Shown: positions 28,416-38,498, numbered from the stretch's first letter. The stretch: DNA of 64,000 bases from an uncultured Clostridia bacterium (GCA_934184665.1 CAKPSX010000002.1:2753-66752), one strand, 5' to 3'. Notes: generated from the letters alone by a model not told the origin. Program-made: numbers and translations.

Positions 28416-30757
28416 AATGTAACAATTGTAACACCCATTTCGCCTTCTCCAAAAGTTCCTAATCTATATGAAGCTACAATTTTATTAGTTTTTAAATATG
28501 AGTGAATTCCTTTTCTTAATGCACCAGTTCCTTTTCCATGAACAATGCGTATTGTATATAATTTTGAAATCAAACAATCATCTAAATATTTATCTATTAT
28601 AGGTATTGCTTCATCAACAGTAAGACCAATAACATTAATTTCAGGCTTTATAAATTGAGATTTCGCAGAAGTTTTAGTATAAGAAAAATCTTTCTCTTTT
28701 GCTTTAGAGTGTGCGGGTTGCAAATATTTTATATTAACTTTCATTTTAATTACACCAACTTGAACTTGGACAGTGTCATCTTTTGAAATATTTGATAAAA
28801 TGACACCATCAGAATTTAAGTTAGAAACAAAAACATTCATATTAGGCTTTATATCTTCACGTGGTATGGTAGTTTTTTCTGGTTCATTTTGAGTATCATT
28901 ATTTGCACTAAGTGAAGTTATTTTTTCATTTAAATTATTTCTGAGTTTATTTGCTTCAGAAGCAGAATTAGTAAAATTGATGTTTTTAATTAATTCATTT
29001 GCAGTCTCTTTGGCATCAAGTAAAATCTGCTTTGCTTCTAATTTAGCAGAATCTATTAATTCTTTTTCTTTTGCAATAATATCAGAATTTTGTGTCTTAA
29101 TATTTTTCTTTAATTCTTCAACTTCTTTAAGAGTAATATCAATTTTATTCTTTTCATTTTCAATCTTGATTTTTTCATCATAAATATTTTTTAATAAATC
29201 TTCAAAATTTACAATATTTTTATCCATCATAGAAGAAGCATTTTTTATAATATTTTCATTTAAGCCAAGTTTTCTACTAATTGCAAAAGCATTACTTTTA
29301 CCAGGAATACCTATAAGAAGTCTGTATGTTGGTTTTAAACTTTCTATATCAAACTCAACACTTGCATTTTTAAAATTAGGTGTGACTAATGCATACTTTT
29401 TAAGTTCTTGATAATGTGAAGTGGAAACAGTAATAGCTCCAAGTTCAGCAAAATATTGTAAAATACTAATTGCTAAATTAGCACCTTCTAATGGATCTGT
29501 TCCAGAGCCCAATTCGTCTAAAAGAATAAGACTATTTTCTGTTGCTTTGTGAATGATTTTTACAATATTACTTATGTGTGCAGAAAATGTACTTAAAGAT
29601 TCACTAATACTTTGTTCATCTCCAATATCTGCAAAAATATTATCAAAAACATATATGCTTGAATTTTCGTCAGCTGGAATATTTAATCCACTACATGCCA
29701 TTACAGTTAAAAGTCCTACTGTTTTTAATGTTACAGTTTTACCACCGGCATTTGGACCTGTTATAACAAGATTTGAAAAATCTTTTCCTAATTTAATAGA
29801 TATAGGTACAACAAGTTCTTGATTAATAAGCGGATGTTTTGCATTTTTCAATTCTATAACTTTTTCAGTGCTTACTATAGGAGTAGTGCAATGCAATTTA
29901 AGAGAATATCTCGATTTTGCAAATATAAAATCAAGTTTACCAATTAAATTAACATTAGACTCAAGTTCTGAAGTATGAGGATATAGTAAACCACTTAAAT
30001 TTTGTAAAATTCTATCAATTTCAAGTTCTTCTTCAATATTTAAGTTAGATATTTCATTATTTAATTCAAAAACAGATATTGGCTCAACAAAAACAGTAGA
30101 ACCACTACTAGAAATATCATGTATAAACCCTTTTATATTACTGCGATATTCTTCTTTAACAGGGATAACAAAACGATTATTACGAATAGTAACAAGGCTT
30201 TCTTGAATGTATTTAGAATATGCAGAAGAATGTAAAATTGAATTTAATTTTGCACGAATATCTTGCTCAATTTTTCTTTTCTTTCTTCTTATATCTTGTA
30301 ATTTACTTGAAGCAGAATCAGCAATAGTATTTTCATCAATAATTGATTTTGAAAGTATTGATACAATACTTGGATTCATATATAAGTCTTCAAAATATGG
30401 TCTTATAAATTCAAAACTTTCATCCTCAAGATAATCTTTGTTAAAATAATTTTTTAAATTAGCAGAAATTTTAAGAATGTTTTGAATTTCAAGTAAAGCT
30501 TTTATGCTGAGAATACCATTACTATCTAAAATCTTTAAATATACTGAAATATCAGCAATTTCATCTAAAGGTGGAGTGCTATTTCTTTGGATAAGTATTA
30601 CACCTTGACTTGTTTCATTTAATGTTTCTTTTACATAATCAATATCATTTGATGGTCGAAGTTCAGAAACATAATTTTTACCTATATATGTTTTACAATA
30701 GCTTGATAAATTTTCTAAAATTTTATCAAACTCTAATTTTAATAAATTATTGTCCAT
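28397..30757 (-). CDS. mutS2: Endonuclease MutS2 (MutS-II ATPase plus C-terminal Smr domain)
   Basis: Walker A GPNAGGKTVTLKTVG, DELGSGTDP and a C-terminal Smr domain (INVIGLTVDEAIPIIDKYLDD...IRIVHGKGTGALRKGIHSYLK). The start was set to ATG 30757 (MDNNLLKLEF). Confidence 0.95.
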   Translation of the reverse strand: MDNNLLKLEFDKILENLSSYCKTYIGKNYVSELRPSNDIDYVKETLNETSQGVILIQRNSTPPLDEIADISVYLKILDSNGILSIKALLEIQNILKISANLKNYFNKDYLEDESFEFIRPYFEDLYMNPSIVSILSKSIIDENTIADSASSKLQDIRRKKRKIEQDIRAKLNSILHSSAYSKYIQESLVTIRNNRFVIPVKEEYRSNIKGFIHDISSSGSTVFVEPISVFELNNEISNLNIEEELEIDRILQNLSGLLYPHTSELESNVNLIGKLDFIFAKSRYSLKLHCTTPIVSTEKVIELKNAKHPLINQELVVPISIKLGKDFSNLVITGPNAGGKTVTLKTVGLLTVMACSGLNIPADENSSIYVFDNIFADIGDEQSISESLSTFSAHISNIVKIIHKATENSLILLDELGSGTDPLEGANLAISILQYFAELGAITVSTSHYQELKKYALVTPNFKNASVEFDIESLKPTYRLLIGIPGKSNAFAISRKLGLNENIIKNASSMMDKNIVNFEDLLKNIYDEKIKIENEKNKIDITLKEVEELKKNIKTQNSDIIAKEKELIDSAKLEAKQILLDAKETANELIKNINFTNSASEANKLRNNLNEKITSLSANNDTQNEPEKTTIPREDIKPNMNVFVSNLNSDGVILSNISKDDTVQVQVGVIKMKVNIKYLQPAHSKAKEKDFSYTKTSAKSQFIKPEINVIGLTVDEAIPIIDKYLDDCLISKLYTIRIVHGKGTGALRKGIHSYLKTNKIVASYRLGTFGEGEMGVTIVTLKETTL

Positions 30758-30836
30758 AATAAAATTCATTCCTTTTACTGTATGATTTATATTGTTTATT
30801 ATACAAACTTTTTGGTATTTTATCAATATAAAAAGA

Positions 30837-30865
30837 TTGATTTTTCAATATATGTGGTATATAAT
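30837..30865 (+). promoter_or_regulatory. Candidate sigma-A promoter giving a roughly 170-nt leader for the prepilin-like gene
   Basis: TTGATT (30837-30842), 17-nt spacer, TATAAT (30860-30865), preceded by TGG. Confidence 0.5.
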
Positions 30866-30921
30866 AATTAAACTGGAAAGGTAACAATAAAATAGATTAA
30901 AATAATGTTGGAAAAGAATTA

Positions 30922-31013
30922 AATTTTGGCAAGGAAGATTTTATTTAAAAGGCAAGGGCGCATATAAAGATATGTAACCGCGTTTTAAATGAAATCTGAC
31001 GCTGTTCAAAATT
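30922..31013 (+). promoter_or_regulatory. Candidate structured 5' leader RNA (rod-like nested helices with duplicated GGCAAGG motif), class unassigned
   Basis: AATTTTG (30922-30928) pairs with CAAAATT (31007-31013). AGATTTTATTTAAAA (30936-30950) pairs with TTTTAAATGAAATCT (30984-30998). The inner hairpin is GCG-CATAT-AAAG-ATATG-TAAC-CGC. GGCAAGG occurs at 30928-30934 and 30951-30957. Local G+C is higher than the surroundings. Confidence 0.45.
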
Positions 31014-31047
31014 GTAATTATTTCCTAACACAAAGAGGAGAATGAAA

Positions 31048-31515
31048 ATGAAAAGATGCAAAGGAATAAGCATGATATCACTAACAGTAGCAGTATGTAT
31101 TTTACTAATATTATCATCAATGTTAATATATAATGCAGAATCTGGAATTAAAATAAAAAAATTAGAAATGATGAAAAGAGATATAGAATTATTAGATGGA
31201 AAGATAAACTCATATTATGCAAAATATGATGACATTCCAGTTGGAATAAAATATACAAATACATCATTATTAGATAAAATAAAATTATCAGGGCAAATAG
31301 AACAGGAAGATAATGATATTTATTATGTTATTGATTTAAATAAATTAGATGGAATTACTTTAAACTATGGAAAAGAATTTAGCAATATAAATTCAGAAGC
31401 AGATATAGCAAATAATGATGATATATATATAATTAATGAACAAAGCCATAGTATTTATTATGTTAGAGGGATTGAGATGGACAATGCATGGTATTATACA
31501 GATACTTCGAAATAA
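31048..31515 (+). CDS. Prepilin-like (type IV pilin/pseudopilin-type N-terminus) protein lacking Glu5
   Basis: Short basic leader ending in Gly (MKRCKG), then a hydrophobic helix ISMISLTVAVCILLILSSML, as in class III signal peptides. The usual Glu at +5 is Ser. The start was set to ATG 31048, 7-8 nt after AGAGGAG. Confidence 0.55.
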   Translation: MKRCKGISMISLTVAVCILLILSSMLIYNAESGIKIKKLEMMKRDIELLDGKINSYYAKYDDIPVGIKYTNTSLLDKIKLSGQIEQEDNDIYYVIDLNKLDGITLNYGKEFSNINSEADIANNDDIYIINEQSHSIYYVRGIEMDNAWYYTDTSK

Positions 31516-31541
31516 AAAATTAAACAAAATTTGTCAAAAAC

Positions 31542-31570
31542 TTGCCAAATGGAGCAAATAAGGTTATAAT
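31542..31570 (+). promoter_or_regulatory. Candidate sigma-A promoter for hpf
   Basis: TTGCCA (31542-31547), 17-nt spacer, TATAAT (31565-31570). Confidence 0.55.
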
Positions 31571-31610
31571 AAGGGCATAACCCAAAACAAAAATGAAAGG
31601 AGCGATTTTT

Positions 31611-32135
31611 ATGGAAATAAAAATAACAGGAAAGGAACTTAAGATAACAGATGCAATCAATGAATATGTAGAAAGAAAACTTGAAAGAATAGATAAGTAT
31701 TTCGAAAATGCATCAGCAGAAGTAACTGTAAGAACAGAAAGAACAGCACAAATAGCTGAAATAGTTGTATCAGCTAATGGAGAATTCTACAGAGCTGTAA
31801 CAGAAGACAAAGACCTATATGCATCTATAGATAAAGATATAGATATATTAGAAGGACAAATTAGAAAAGCAAAAACAAGAAGAGAAAAAATGCTAAAAGA
31901 TTCTACATTAAAAGTATTAGAAGTAGAACAACCTAGAAATGAAATAAAAGATGAAATATTAAAAGTAGAATATTATGACATAAAACCAATGACACCAGAA
32001 GATGCAAAATTAAAATTACAAGAAAGACCAACACAATTATTTATAACATTTGTAAATGTTGAAACAGGTAAAGTAAATGTTATTCATAAATTAAAAGACG
32101 GAAAAAATTATGGAATAATAGAACCAGAAGCATAG
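31611..32135 (+). CDS. hpf: Ribosome hibernation promoting factor, long form
   Basis: MEIKITGKELKITDAINEYVERKLERIDKYF is an S30AE/sigma-54 modulation protein N-domain. A C-terminal dimerisation domain follows (KPMTPEDAKLKL...FITFVNVETGKVNVIHKLKDGKNYGIIEP). ATG 31611 lies behind AAAGGAG. Confidence 0.92.
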   Translation: MEIKITGKELKITDAINEYVERKLERIDKYFENASAEVTVRTERTAQIAEIVVSANGEFYRAVTEDKDLYASIDKDIDILEGQIRKAKTRREKMLKDSTLKVLEVEQPRNEIKDEILKVEYYDIKPMTPEDAKLKLQERPTQLFITFVNVETGKVNVIHKLKDGKNYGIIEPEA

Positions 32136-32175
32136 ATTATTTGTTGAAACAACTCAATATAAATGGAGAAAATAA

Positions 32176-32658
32176 ATGCAAAAAAAGAAAAAAAGAGTGC
32201 TATTTATATCAAGCACAGGTGGACATTTTAGTGAACTACAACAATTAAGCCCATTGTTTGAAGAGTATGATTATCATATAATAACAGAAAAAGATAATAC
32301 AACAAAAAATTTAAAAGAAAAATATGGTGATAGAATATCATATCTTCCATATGGAACAAGGCAAAAATTGTTTAAATATATATTTACATATTTATATTTA
32401 TGTTTAAAAACAATATATTTATATTTTAAAATAAGACCTAAATATATAGTAACAACAGGTACACATACAGCAGGACCAATGTGCTATTTAGGTAAATTAT
32501 TTAGAAGTAAAATAATATATATAGAAACATTTGCAAACAGAAATAGAAAAACTGTAACTGGAAAATTAATATATCCAATAGCAGATTTATTTATTGTTCA
32601 ATGGGAAGAAATGCTAGAATTATATCCAAAAGCAGTATATGGAGGTGCTATTTATTAA
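32176..32658 (+). CDS. Alg14-like glycosyltransferase membrane subunit (PssD/Cps14F family)
   Basis: VLFISSTGGHFSELQQL, IITEKDNTT, IVTTGTHTAGPMC, IIYIETFANR and FIVQWEE match the family by eye. Confidence 0.8.
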   Translation: MQKKKKRVLFISSTGGHFSELQQLSPLFEEYDYHIITEKDNTTKNLKEKYGDRISYLPYGTRQKLFKYIFTYLYLCLKTIYLYFKIRPKYIVTTGTHTAGPMCYLGKLFRSKIIYIETFANRNRKTVTGKLIYPIADLFIVQWEEMLELYPKAVYGGAIY

Positions 32659-33137
32659 TGATATTAGTTTTACTAGGAACACAAAATAATAGTTTTCATA
32701 GATTGCTAGAAGAAATACAAAAAAATATAGATGATGGGAACATTAAAGAAAAAGTAGTAGTTCAAGCAGGTTATACAAAGTTTGAATCTAAAGATATGAC
32801 TATATATAATCAATTACCAAAAGAGCAGTTACAAGAACTTATAAAAGAAGCGGACTTAATAATAACACATGGAGGAGTTGGTTCAATAATAAGTTCCATA
32901 ACAAATGGCAAAAAGGTAATAGCAGTTCCTCGCTTACAAAAATATAAGGAACATGTAAATGACCATCAATTAGATATAATAAATTCTTTTAATGAAAGTG
33001 GATATATAATCGGAATCCATGGTGTTGAAGAATTAAAAGAAGCACTAAAAAAGGTTCCAGATTTTGAACCTAAAGAATATGTTCAAAATACAGGAAATAT
33101 AATAAAAATAATAAAAGATTTTATTGATAATAACTAA
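32658..33137 (+). CDS. Alg13-like glycosyltransferase catalytic subunit (PssE/Cps14G, Glyco_tran_28_C)
   Basis: MILVLLGTQNNSFHRLL, IITHGGVGSI, VIAVPRLQKYKEHVNDHQLDI. ATG 32658 overlaps the upstream TAA (TTAATG). The listed 32601 start is an out-of-context extension. Confidence 0.8.
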   Translation: MILVLLGTQNNSFHRLLEEIQKNIDDGNIKEKVVVQAGYTKFESKDMTIYNQLPKEQLQELIKEADLIITHGGVGSIISSITNGKKVIAVPRLQKYKEHVNDHQLDIINSFNESGYIIGIHGVEELKEALKKVPDFEPKEYVQNTGNIIKIIKDFIDNN

Positions 33138-33169
33138 AAAAGTTACTTCCTTTGAGAAGTAACTTTTTT
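33137..33169 (+). terminator. Rho-independent terminator after the Alg13-like gene
   Basis: AAAAAGTTACTTC / GAAGTAACTTTTT hairpin with a 6-nt loop and T-run 33164-33169. Confidence 0.75.
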
Positions 33170-33223
33170 GAGGTTGATAATTCATAAAACTACTAAAAAA
33201 ATGTAATAATTAGGCGTTCAGTA

Positions 33224-33252
33224 TTGAGAAATCTTGCAATTTGTGATATAAA
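33224..33252 (+). promoter_or_regulatory. Candidate promoter for the Type III R-M operon
   Basis: TTGAGA (33224-33229), 17-nt spacer ending TGA, TATAAA (33247-33252). Confidence 0.4.
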
Positions 33253-33288
33253 ACATAATGAAAGAAAAAACGAGGAGCTGAATAATAA

Positions 33289-35247
33289 ATGGCAAATAAA
33301 TTAGATATGAAGTCAATGGATATTAAAGAAGAAAATATAAGAAAAATAGGAAAGATATTCCCAAACTGTGTAGCTGAAACAGAGGATGGGTTAAAAATAG
33401 ATTATGATGTTTTAAAACAAGAATTGTCAAATGATATTGTTGAAGGAAATAAAGAAAAATATCAATTAACATGGGCAGGAAAAAATGAATCAGTAGTAAA
33501 TGCATATAAGGCAACAGAGAAAACATTAAGACCATTAAAAGATAAATCTGTAAATTTTGATGAAACAGAAAATGTTTATATTGAAGGAGACAATTTAGAA
33601 ACTTTAAAAATATTGTTAGAATCATATTTAAATAAAATAAAAGTTATATATATTGACCCACCATATAATACAGGAAAAGACTTTGTTTATAATGATGAGT
33701 TTTCAAGTTCTGAGCACGAAGAATTAAAAAATTCAGGAAGAATTGACGAAGATGGAAACTTACTAGTATCAAAAGATATTAACAGTATATCAAATGGAAA
33801 ATATCATTCAAACTGGCTAAATATGATATATCCAAGAATAAAATTAGCAAGAAACTTGCTACAAAAAGATGGTGTTATGTTTATATCAATAGATGATAAT
33901 GAATATATGAATATGAGAAGTATTTGTGATGAAATATTTGGTAGAAATAATTATATTGACACATTTTATATACAAGTAAGATATACAAATAAGTCATTAA
34001 ATGAAAAAGATGATTTCCAAAAAGTTATGGAACAAGTGTTAATTTATGCAAAAGATAAAAGTGAGTTTAAACCAAATAAGCCACAAACAGAATATGATAT
34101 GAGTAAATTCAAATATAAAATAAATGAGTTGCAACATGGAGAAGAAATAACTTTAGGCGGTAAAAAAGTAGAAATATTCAAACCAGGAATGTATGAAATA
34201 GTTGAAGAAAAGCCATCAATTAAAGGTTTGAAAGCCACTTGGGCATCTGGAAGTGTTTTAAAAGGTAACACATCAGGAAAATTCTTTGACAAACAGCTTG
34301 CAGGCAGAAAAGGAATAGATGGAATAAATGTGTTATATAAAGTATATGGAATTGGTGAAGATGGATTAGGATATAGATATTTTACAGGACCAAAAAAGAA
34401 AACAGCTACAAAAGGTCAATTTTATTCTGGAATTCCAGTAGATAGAATTGAAGAATTAACTAATGGTTCATCAATAAAAGAACATTCAATAGTAAATTAC
34501 TATGACTTTAGCGGAGATTTTGGGAACATCAGAAATGAGGGAGATGTAGATTTTCGTTCTGGAAAAAAACCTGTAAAAATGATAAAAATGTTTTTAGACA
34601 TGATACCTTCAGATGATTATATTTGTATGGATTTCTTTTCAGGTTCAGCTAGTACAGCACATGCTGTTATGCAAAAAAATGCAGAAGATGATGGAAAAAG
34701 AAAATTTATAATGGTACAGATTCCTGAAAAAATAGATGAAAATCAAGATTATTATAGAGCAGGATTTAAAAATATTTGTGACATAGGTCAAGAAAGAATA
34801 AAAAGAGCTGGCAAAAAAATAAACGAAGAAAGTGATATTGATTATGGTTTCAGGGTATTTAAAACAGATACATCAAATATGAAAGATGTTTATTATGAAC
34901 CATCAAAATTAGAACAAACAAAACTTAATATGTTCGAATCAAGTATAAAAGAAGATAGAACACAAGATGACTTATTAATTCAAGTTATATTAAATCTTGG
35001 CTTAACATTAGACCTAAAAATAGAAGAAAAAAACATATTAGACAATAAAGTATTTTATGTTGCAAATAATATGTTAGTAGCTTGTTTTGATGATAAAATC
35101 AACTTAGATATAATTGATAAAATCTGTGAAAGAAGACCAACGAGAATTGTATTTAAAGAAAGCTCTTTTAATAATGATAATGATAAAATGAACACATATG
35201 AAAGGATAAGGAAACTATCACCGGAGACCCAAGTTAGCATTATATAG
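33289..35247 (+). CDS. mod: Type III restriction-modification system methyltransferase (Mod), beta-class N6-adenine/N4-cytosine MTase
   Basis: Motif IV IYIDPPYNTG near residue 120 precedes the AdoMet motif I MDFFSGSASTAHAV near residue 445 (beta permutation), with a large variable region between. It is followed by a Res-type helicase-nuclease. Confidence 0.88.
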   Translation: MANKLDMKSMDIKEENIRKIGKIFPNCVAETEDGLKIDYDVLKQELSNDIVEGNKEKYQLTWAGKNESVVNAYKATEKTLRPLKDKSVNFDETENVYIEGDNLETLKILLESYLNKIKVIYIDPPYNTGKDFVYNDEFSSSEHEELKNSGRIDEDGNLLVSKDINSISNGKYHSNWLNMIYPRIKLARNLLQKDGVMFISIDDNEYMNMRSICDEIFGRNNYIDTFYIQVRYTNKSLNEKDDFQKVMEQVLIYAKDKSEFKPNKPQTEYDMSKFKYKINELQHGEEITLGGKKVEIFKPGMYEIVEEKPSIKGLKATWASGSVLKGNTSGKFFDKQLAGRKGIDGINVLYKVYGIGEDGLGYRYFTGPKKKTATKGQFYSGIPVDRIEELTNGSSIKEHSIVNYYDFSGDFGNIRNEGDVDFRSGKKPVKMIKMFLDMIPSDDYICMDFFSGSASTAHAVMQKNAEDDGKRKFIMVQIPEKIDENQDYYRAGFKNICDIGQERIKRAGKKINEESDIDYGFRVFKTDTSNMKDVYYEPSKLEQTKLNMFESSIKEDRTQDDLLIQVILNLGLTLDLKIEEKNILDNKVFYVANNMLVACFDDKINLDIIDKICERRPTRIVFKESSFNNDNDKMNTYERIRKLSPETQVSII

Positions 35248-35279
35248 AGTTTACACTTTAGGGAGGAATATAGTAAAAA

Positions 35280-38200
35280 ATGAAACTAAAATTTAAAAAA
35301 CAGCAATATCAGGAAAATGCTATACAAGCTGTTGTTGATTGCTTTAATGGGCAAACATCAGGAACAAGAACTAAAATTATAAAAGTAAAAAAAGAAGATG
35401 AAAAAGATATTACAAATTGGAATGAACCTGTTGTTGAAAATATAATTTCGTTTGGAAATAAAAAAATAGAATTAACATCAGATGAACTAAGAAAAAATAT
35501 TAGAAGTGTTCAAAAACAAAATAACCTAGATTACACAGATAATGCAGGATTTTTAAATTATTCTATAGAAATGGAAACAGGTACAGGAAAAACTTATACA
35601 TATATAAAAACAATGTATGAATTAAATAAAAATTATGGGTGGAGCAAATTTATAGTAATGACACCAAGCATACCTATTAGAGAAGGAGTGCTAAAAACAT
35701 TTCAGATTACAGAAGACCATTTTCAAGAATTATATGGGAAAAAAATCAGATACTTTGTGTATGATTCTAACAATTCTGCAAATTTATCAAACATAAATAA
35801 TTTTGCAGAAGATAACAGCATACAAGTGATGATTATAAATTATCAAGCATTTAATTTTAATCCAGAAGTAAAATCTGTAGCAAAAAGAAAAATATATGAA
35901 AGTTTAGATGATTTACAAACCAGAAAACCAATAGATGTAATAAAAGCAACAAACCCAATATTAATAGTTGATGAACCTCAAAAAATGGGAAAAACAGAAG
36001 ATAGATTAACTGTTTTTGAGCCATTATTTATATTAAGATATTCAGCAACACATAAAAAGAATTTTAAGTATAATATGATTTATAGACTTGATGCAGTTGA
36101 TGCATATAATCAGAAACTAGTAAAAAAGATAAATGTAAAAGGAATAGAATTATTACATAGTAAATCTGATGGAGCATATTTGTATTTAGAAGGGGTAGAA
36201 ATCAGTAAAGGTGAGCCTGCGGCGTCGATGGAAATTGAAGTAAAATCAGCAGATGGAGTAAGAAAGAAAATTGTGAAATTAAAAAAGAATTCAAAACTTT
36301 TCAAGCTTTCAGGCGGATTAGAACAATACAAAGGATATATTGTTAGTGAGATAAATGTCCAAAACATGTATGATGAAGTATTATTCACAAATGGAGAAAA
36401 AATACAAACTGGTCAGATTGCTGGTGATACAAGAAAAGATTATATGACAAGAATACAAATAAAAGAAACTATAAAATCTCATTTTGAAAAAGAAAAAGAG
36501 TATTTTGAAAAAGGAATAAAAGTATTATCATTATTTTTTATTGATGAAGTTGCTAAATATAAAGTTTATGATAAAAACAAAGTATCACACGATGGGGAAT
36601 ATGCAAAAATATTTTTAGAAGAATATAACCAAATATTTAATGAATATTACAAAGATGCAGAAGGGGAATACAAAAAATATTTGGAAAACCTAAAAGACAA
36701 AAAAGTGCATTCTGGGTATTTCTCAATAGATAAAAAAGCATCAAAAGGAATGAAAAAGGGTGAGCAAATATTCATAGATAAAATAGATGATAAAAAAGAA
36801 AAAACAAGTTCAGATGAAGAAGCATATGACCTAATAATGAGAGATAAAGAAAAATTGCTTTCATTAGATGAGCCTGTTAGATTTATATTTTCACATTCAG
36901 CATTAAGAGAAGGCTGGGACAACCCTAATATATTCCAAATATGTACACTAAAAAATAGTCATTCAGATATAAGTAGAAGACAAGAAATAGGTAGAGGACT
37001 TCGTATAGCAGTAAATAATTATGGCGAAAGAATGGATTATTCTATGCTAGAAGATGACTTTTTCAGAATAAATAATTTAACAGTAATTGCAAGTGAGAGT
37101 TATGATTCTTTTGCAAAATCATTGCAAAGTGATATTGCAGAAGGGCTATCAAGAACAACATACGAGGTATTTGATAATAAATTATTTGAAAATAAGATTT
37201 TAAGAAATTTAGAAGGAGAATCTAAGATAATAGATTCACTTTCAGCAATGAAAATTCTTATGAATTTTACTCAAAACGGATATGTTGATAGTGAACTAAA
37301 AATCACTGGAAAACTAAGAGAAGATATTGAAAATAATACAATAGATGTGCCTTCAGAATTTTTAGCATTTCAAGAAGAATATGTAAATCTTATAAAAACA
37401 CTGTTTACAAACACACAACTTCCAGTTGAAAATAAAAATAAAGAAAATATAAGAGAATTAAAGCCTAACAAGAATTTTGACATAAAGGAATTCCAAGAAT
37501 TATGGAATAAAATAAATCAAAAAACAGTTTATCAAGTAAATTTTGATACAGATGAATTGATAAAAAGGGCTGTGAAAAAAATTGATAAAGAATTAAGAAT
37601 TAGCAGAGTTAGGGTAAAAGTTACTGAGGGAGGACAAAAGGATGCATTAACATCAGAACAAATAAAATCTGGAGAATCAATGGAAAGTAAAAGAACCAAA
37701 GTTGATGTTTATGAAGATTTTGTGCCTGTTAAAACTAAATATGATTTAATAGGTGATATTGCAAAAGATACAGAGCTTACAAGAAATACTGTAATAAGTA
37801 TTTTAGAGAAAATAAAACCTGATGTATTTGCACAATTCCAATATAATCCGGAAGAATTTATAAGAAAAGCTACAAAACTTATAAATGAAGAAAGAGCCAT
37901 TATTGTAGTAGATGGAATCACATATAGCAAAACAAATGAAAAATATAGTGATAAAATATTTGATATAAAAAATATAAGTGGAAAAATTGGAGTAAATGCA
38001 ATTAAAGTACAAAAACATATTTATGATTATCTTGTAACAGATTCAAAAAATGAAGTAGAATTTGCTAAGCAACTTGAAGATGGAGATGTACTTGTTTATG
38101 CAAAATTACCAAGACAATTTAAAATCCCAACACCACTTGGAAACTATAACCCAGACTGGGCAGTAGTTTTAGATAAGAATAAATTTAAACATGTATATTT

Positions 38201-38375
38201 TATTGCAGAAACTAAAGGTAGTATGTCATCATCAGACTTAAGAGGAACAGAGAACGGTAAAATCGAATGTGCAAGAAAACATTTTGAAACAATAAGTGAT
38301 GGACTTTTTGAATATAAAGTAGTAGATAATTATGATAGACTAATAGACTTCGCAACAGATGTTATGAAAAAGTAA
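35280..38375 (+). CDS. res: Type III restriction enzyme Res subunit (SF2 helicase plus C-terminal PD-(D/E)xK nuclease)
   Basis: Helicase motif I METGTGKTYTY, motif II VDEPQK and motif VI QEIGRGLRI. C-terminal nuclease signature NYNPDWAVVL...YFIAETKG. Confidence 0.88.
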   Translation: MKLKFKKQQYQENAIQAVVDCFNGQTSGTRTKIIKVKKEDEKDITNWNEPVVENIISFGNKKIELTSDELRKNIRSVQKQNNLDYTDNAGFLNYSIEMETGTGKTYTYIKTMYELNKNYGWSKFIVMTPSIPIREGVLKTFQITEDHFQELYGKKIRYFVYDSNNSANLSNINNFAEDNSIQVMIINYQAFNFNPEVKSVAKRKIYESLDDLQTRKPIDVIKATNPILIVDEPQKMGKTEDRLTVFEPLFILRYSATHKKNFKYNMIYRLDAVDAYNQKLVKKINVKGIELLHSKSDGAYLYLEGVEISKGEPAASMEIEVKSADGVRKKIVKLKKNSKLFKLSGGLEQYKGYIVSEINVQNMYDEVLFTNGEKIQTGQIAGDTRKDYMTRIQIKETIKSHFEKEKEYFEKGIKVLSLFFIDEVAKYKVYDKNKVSHDGEYAKIFLEEYNQIFNEYYKDAEGEYKKYLENLKDKKVHSGYFSIDKKASKGMKKGEQIFIDKIDDKKEKTSSDEEAYDLIMRDKEKLLSLDEPVRFIFSHSALREGWDNPNIFQICTLKNSHSDISRRQEIGRGLRIAVNNYGERMDYSMLEDDFFRINNLTVIASESYDSFAKSLQSDIAEGLSRTTYEVFDNKLFENKILRNLEGESKIIDSLSAMKILMNFTQNGYVDSELKITGKLREDIENNTIDVPSEFLAFQEEYVNLIKTLFTNTQLPVENKNKENIRELKPNKNFDIKEFQELWNKINQKTVYQVNFDTDELIKRAVKKIDKELRISRVRVKVTEGGQKDALTSEQIKSGESMESKRTKVDVYEDFVPVKTKYDLIGDIAKDTELTRNTVISILEKIKPDVFAQFQYNPEEFIRKATKLINEERAIIVVDGITYSKTNEKYSDKIFDIKNISGKIGVNAIKVQKHIYDYLVTDSKNEVEFAKQLEDGDVLVYAKLPRQFKIPTPLGNYNPDWAVVLDKNKFKHVYFIAETKGSMSSSDLRGTENGKIECARKHFETISDGLFEYKVVDNYDRLIDFATDVMKK

Positions 38376-38469
38376 ATAAACATTAAAAATATATTGCACA
38401 TGGAGTCAAAGATTGTCAGAAATGTAAAAAGTTTCTACGACAAAAAAACAAAAAAATCCCCAAAAAGTA

Positions 38470-38498
38470 TTGCATATTTTAAACAGTAAATATATAAT
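38470..38498 (+). promoter_or_regulatory. Candidate sigma-A promoter for vanZ and the polysaccharide operon
   Basis: TTGCAT (38470-38475), 17-nt spacer, TATAAT (38493-38498). The -10 box ends only 9 nt before ATG 38508. Confidence 0.5.

Noticed and set aside
33289-38375. I looked for phase-variation tracts (long homopolymers or short tandem repeats) in mod/res. I also looked for integrase or transposase genes and target-site duplications around the R-M system.
   Set aside because: None found by eye. Only ordinary A-runs of up to about 8 nt occur, and these are common throughout this AT-rich sequence.
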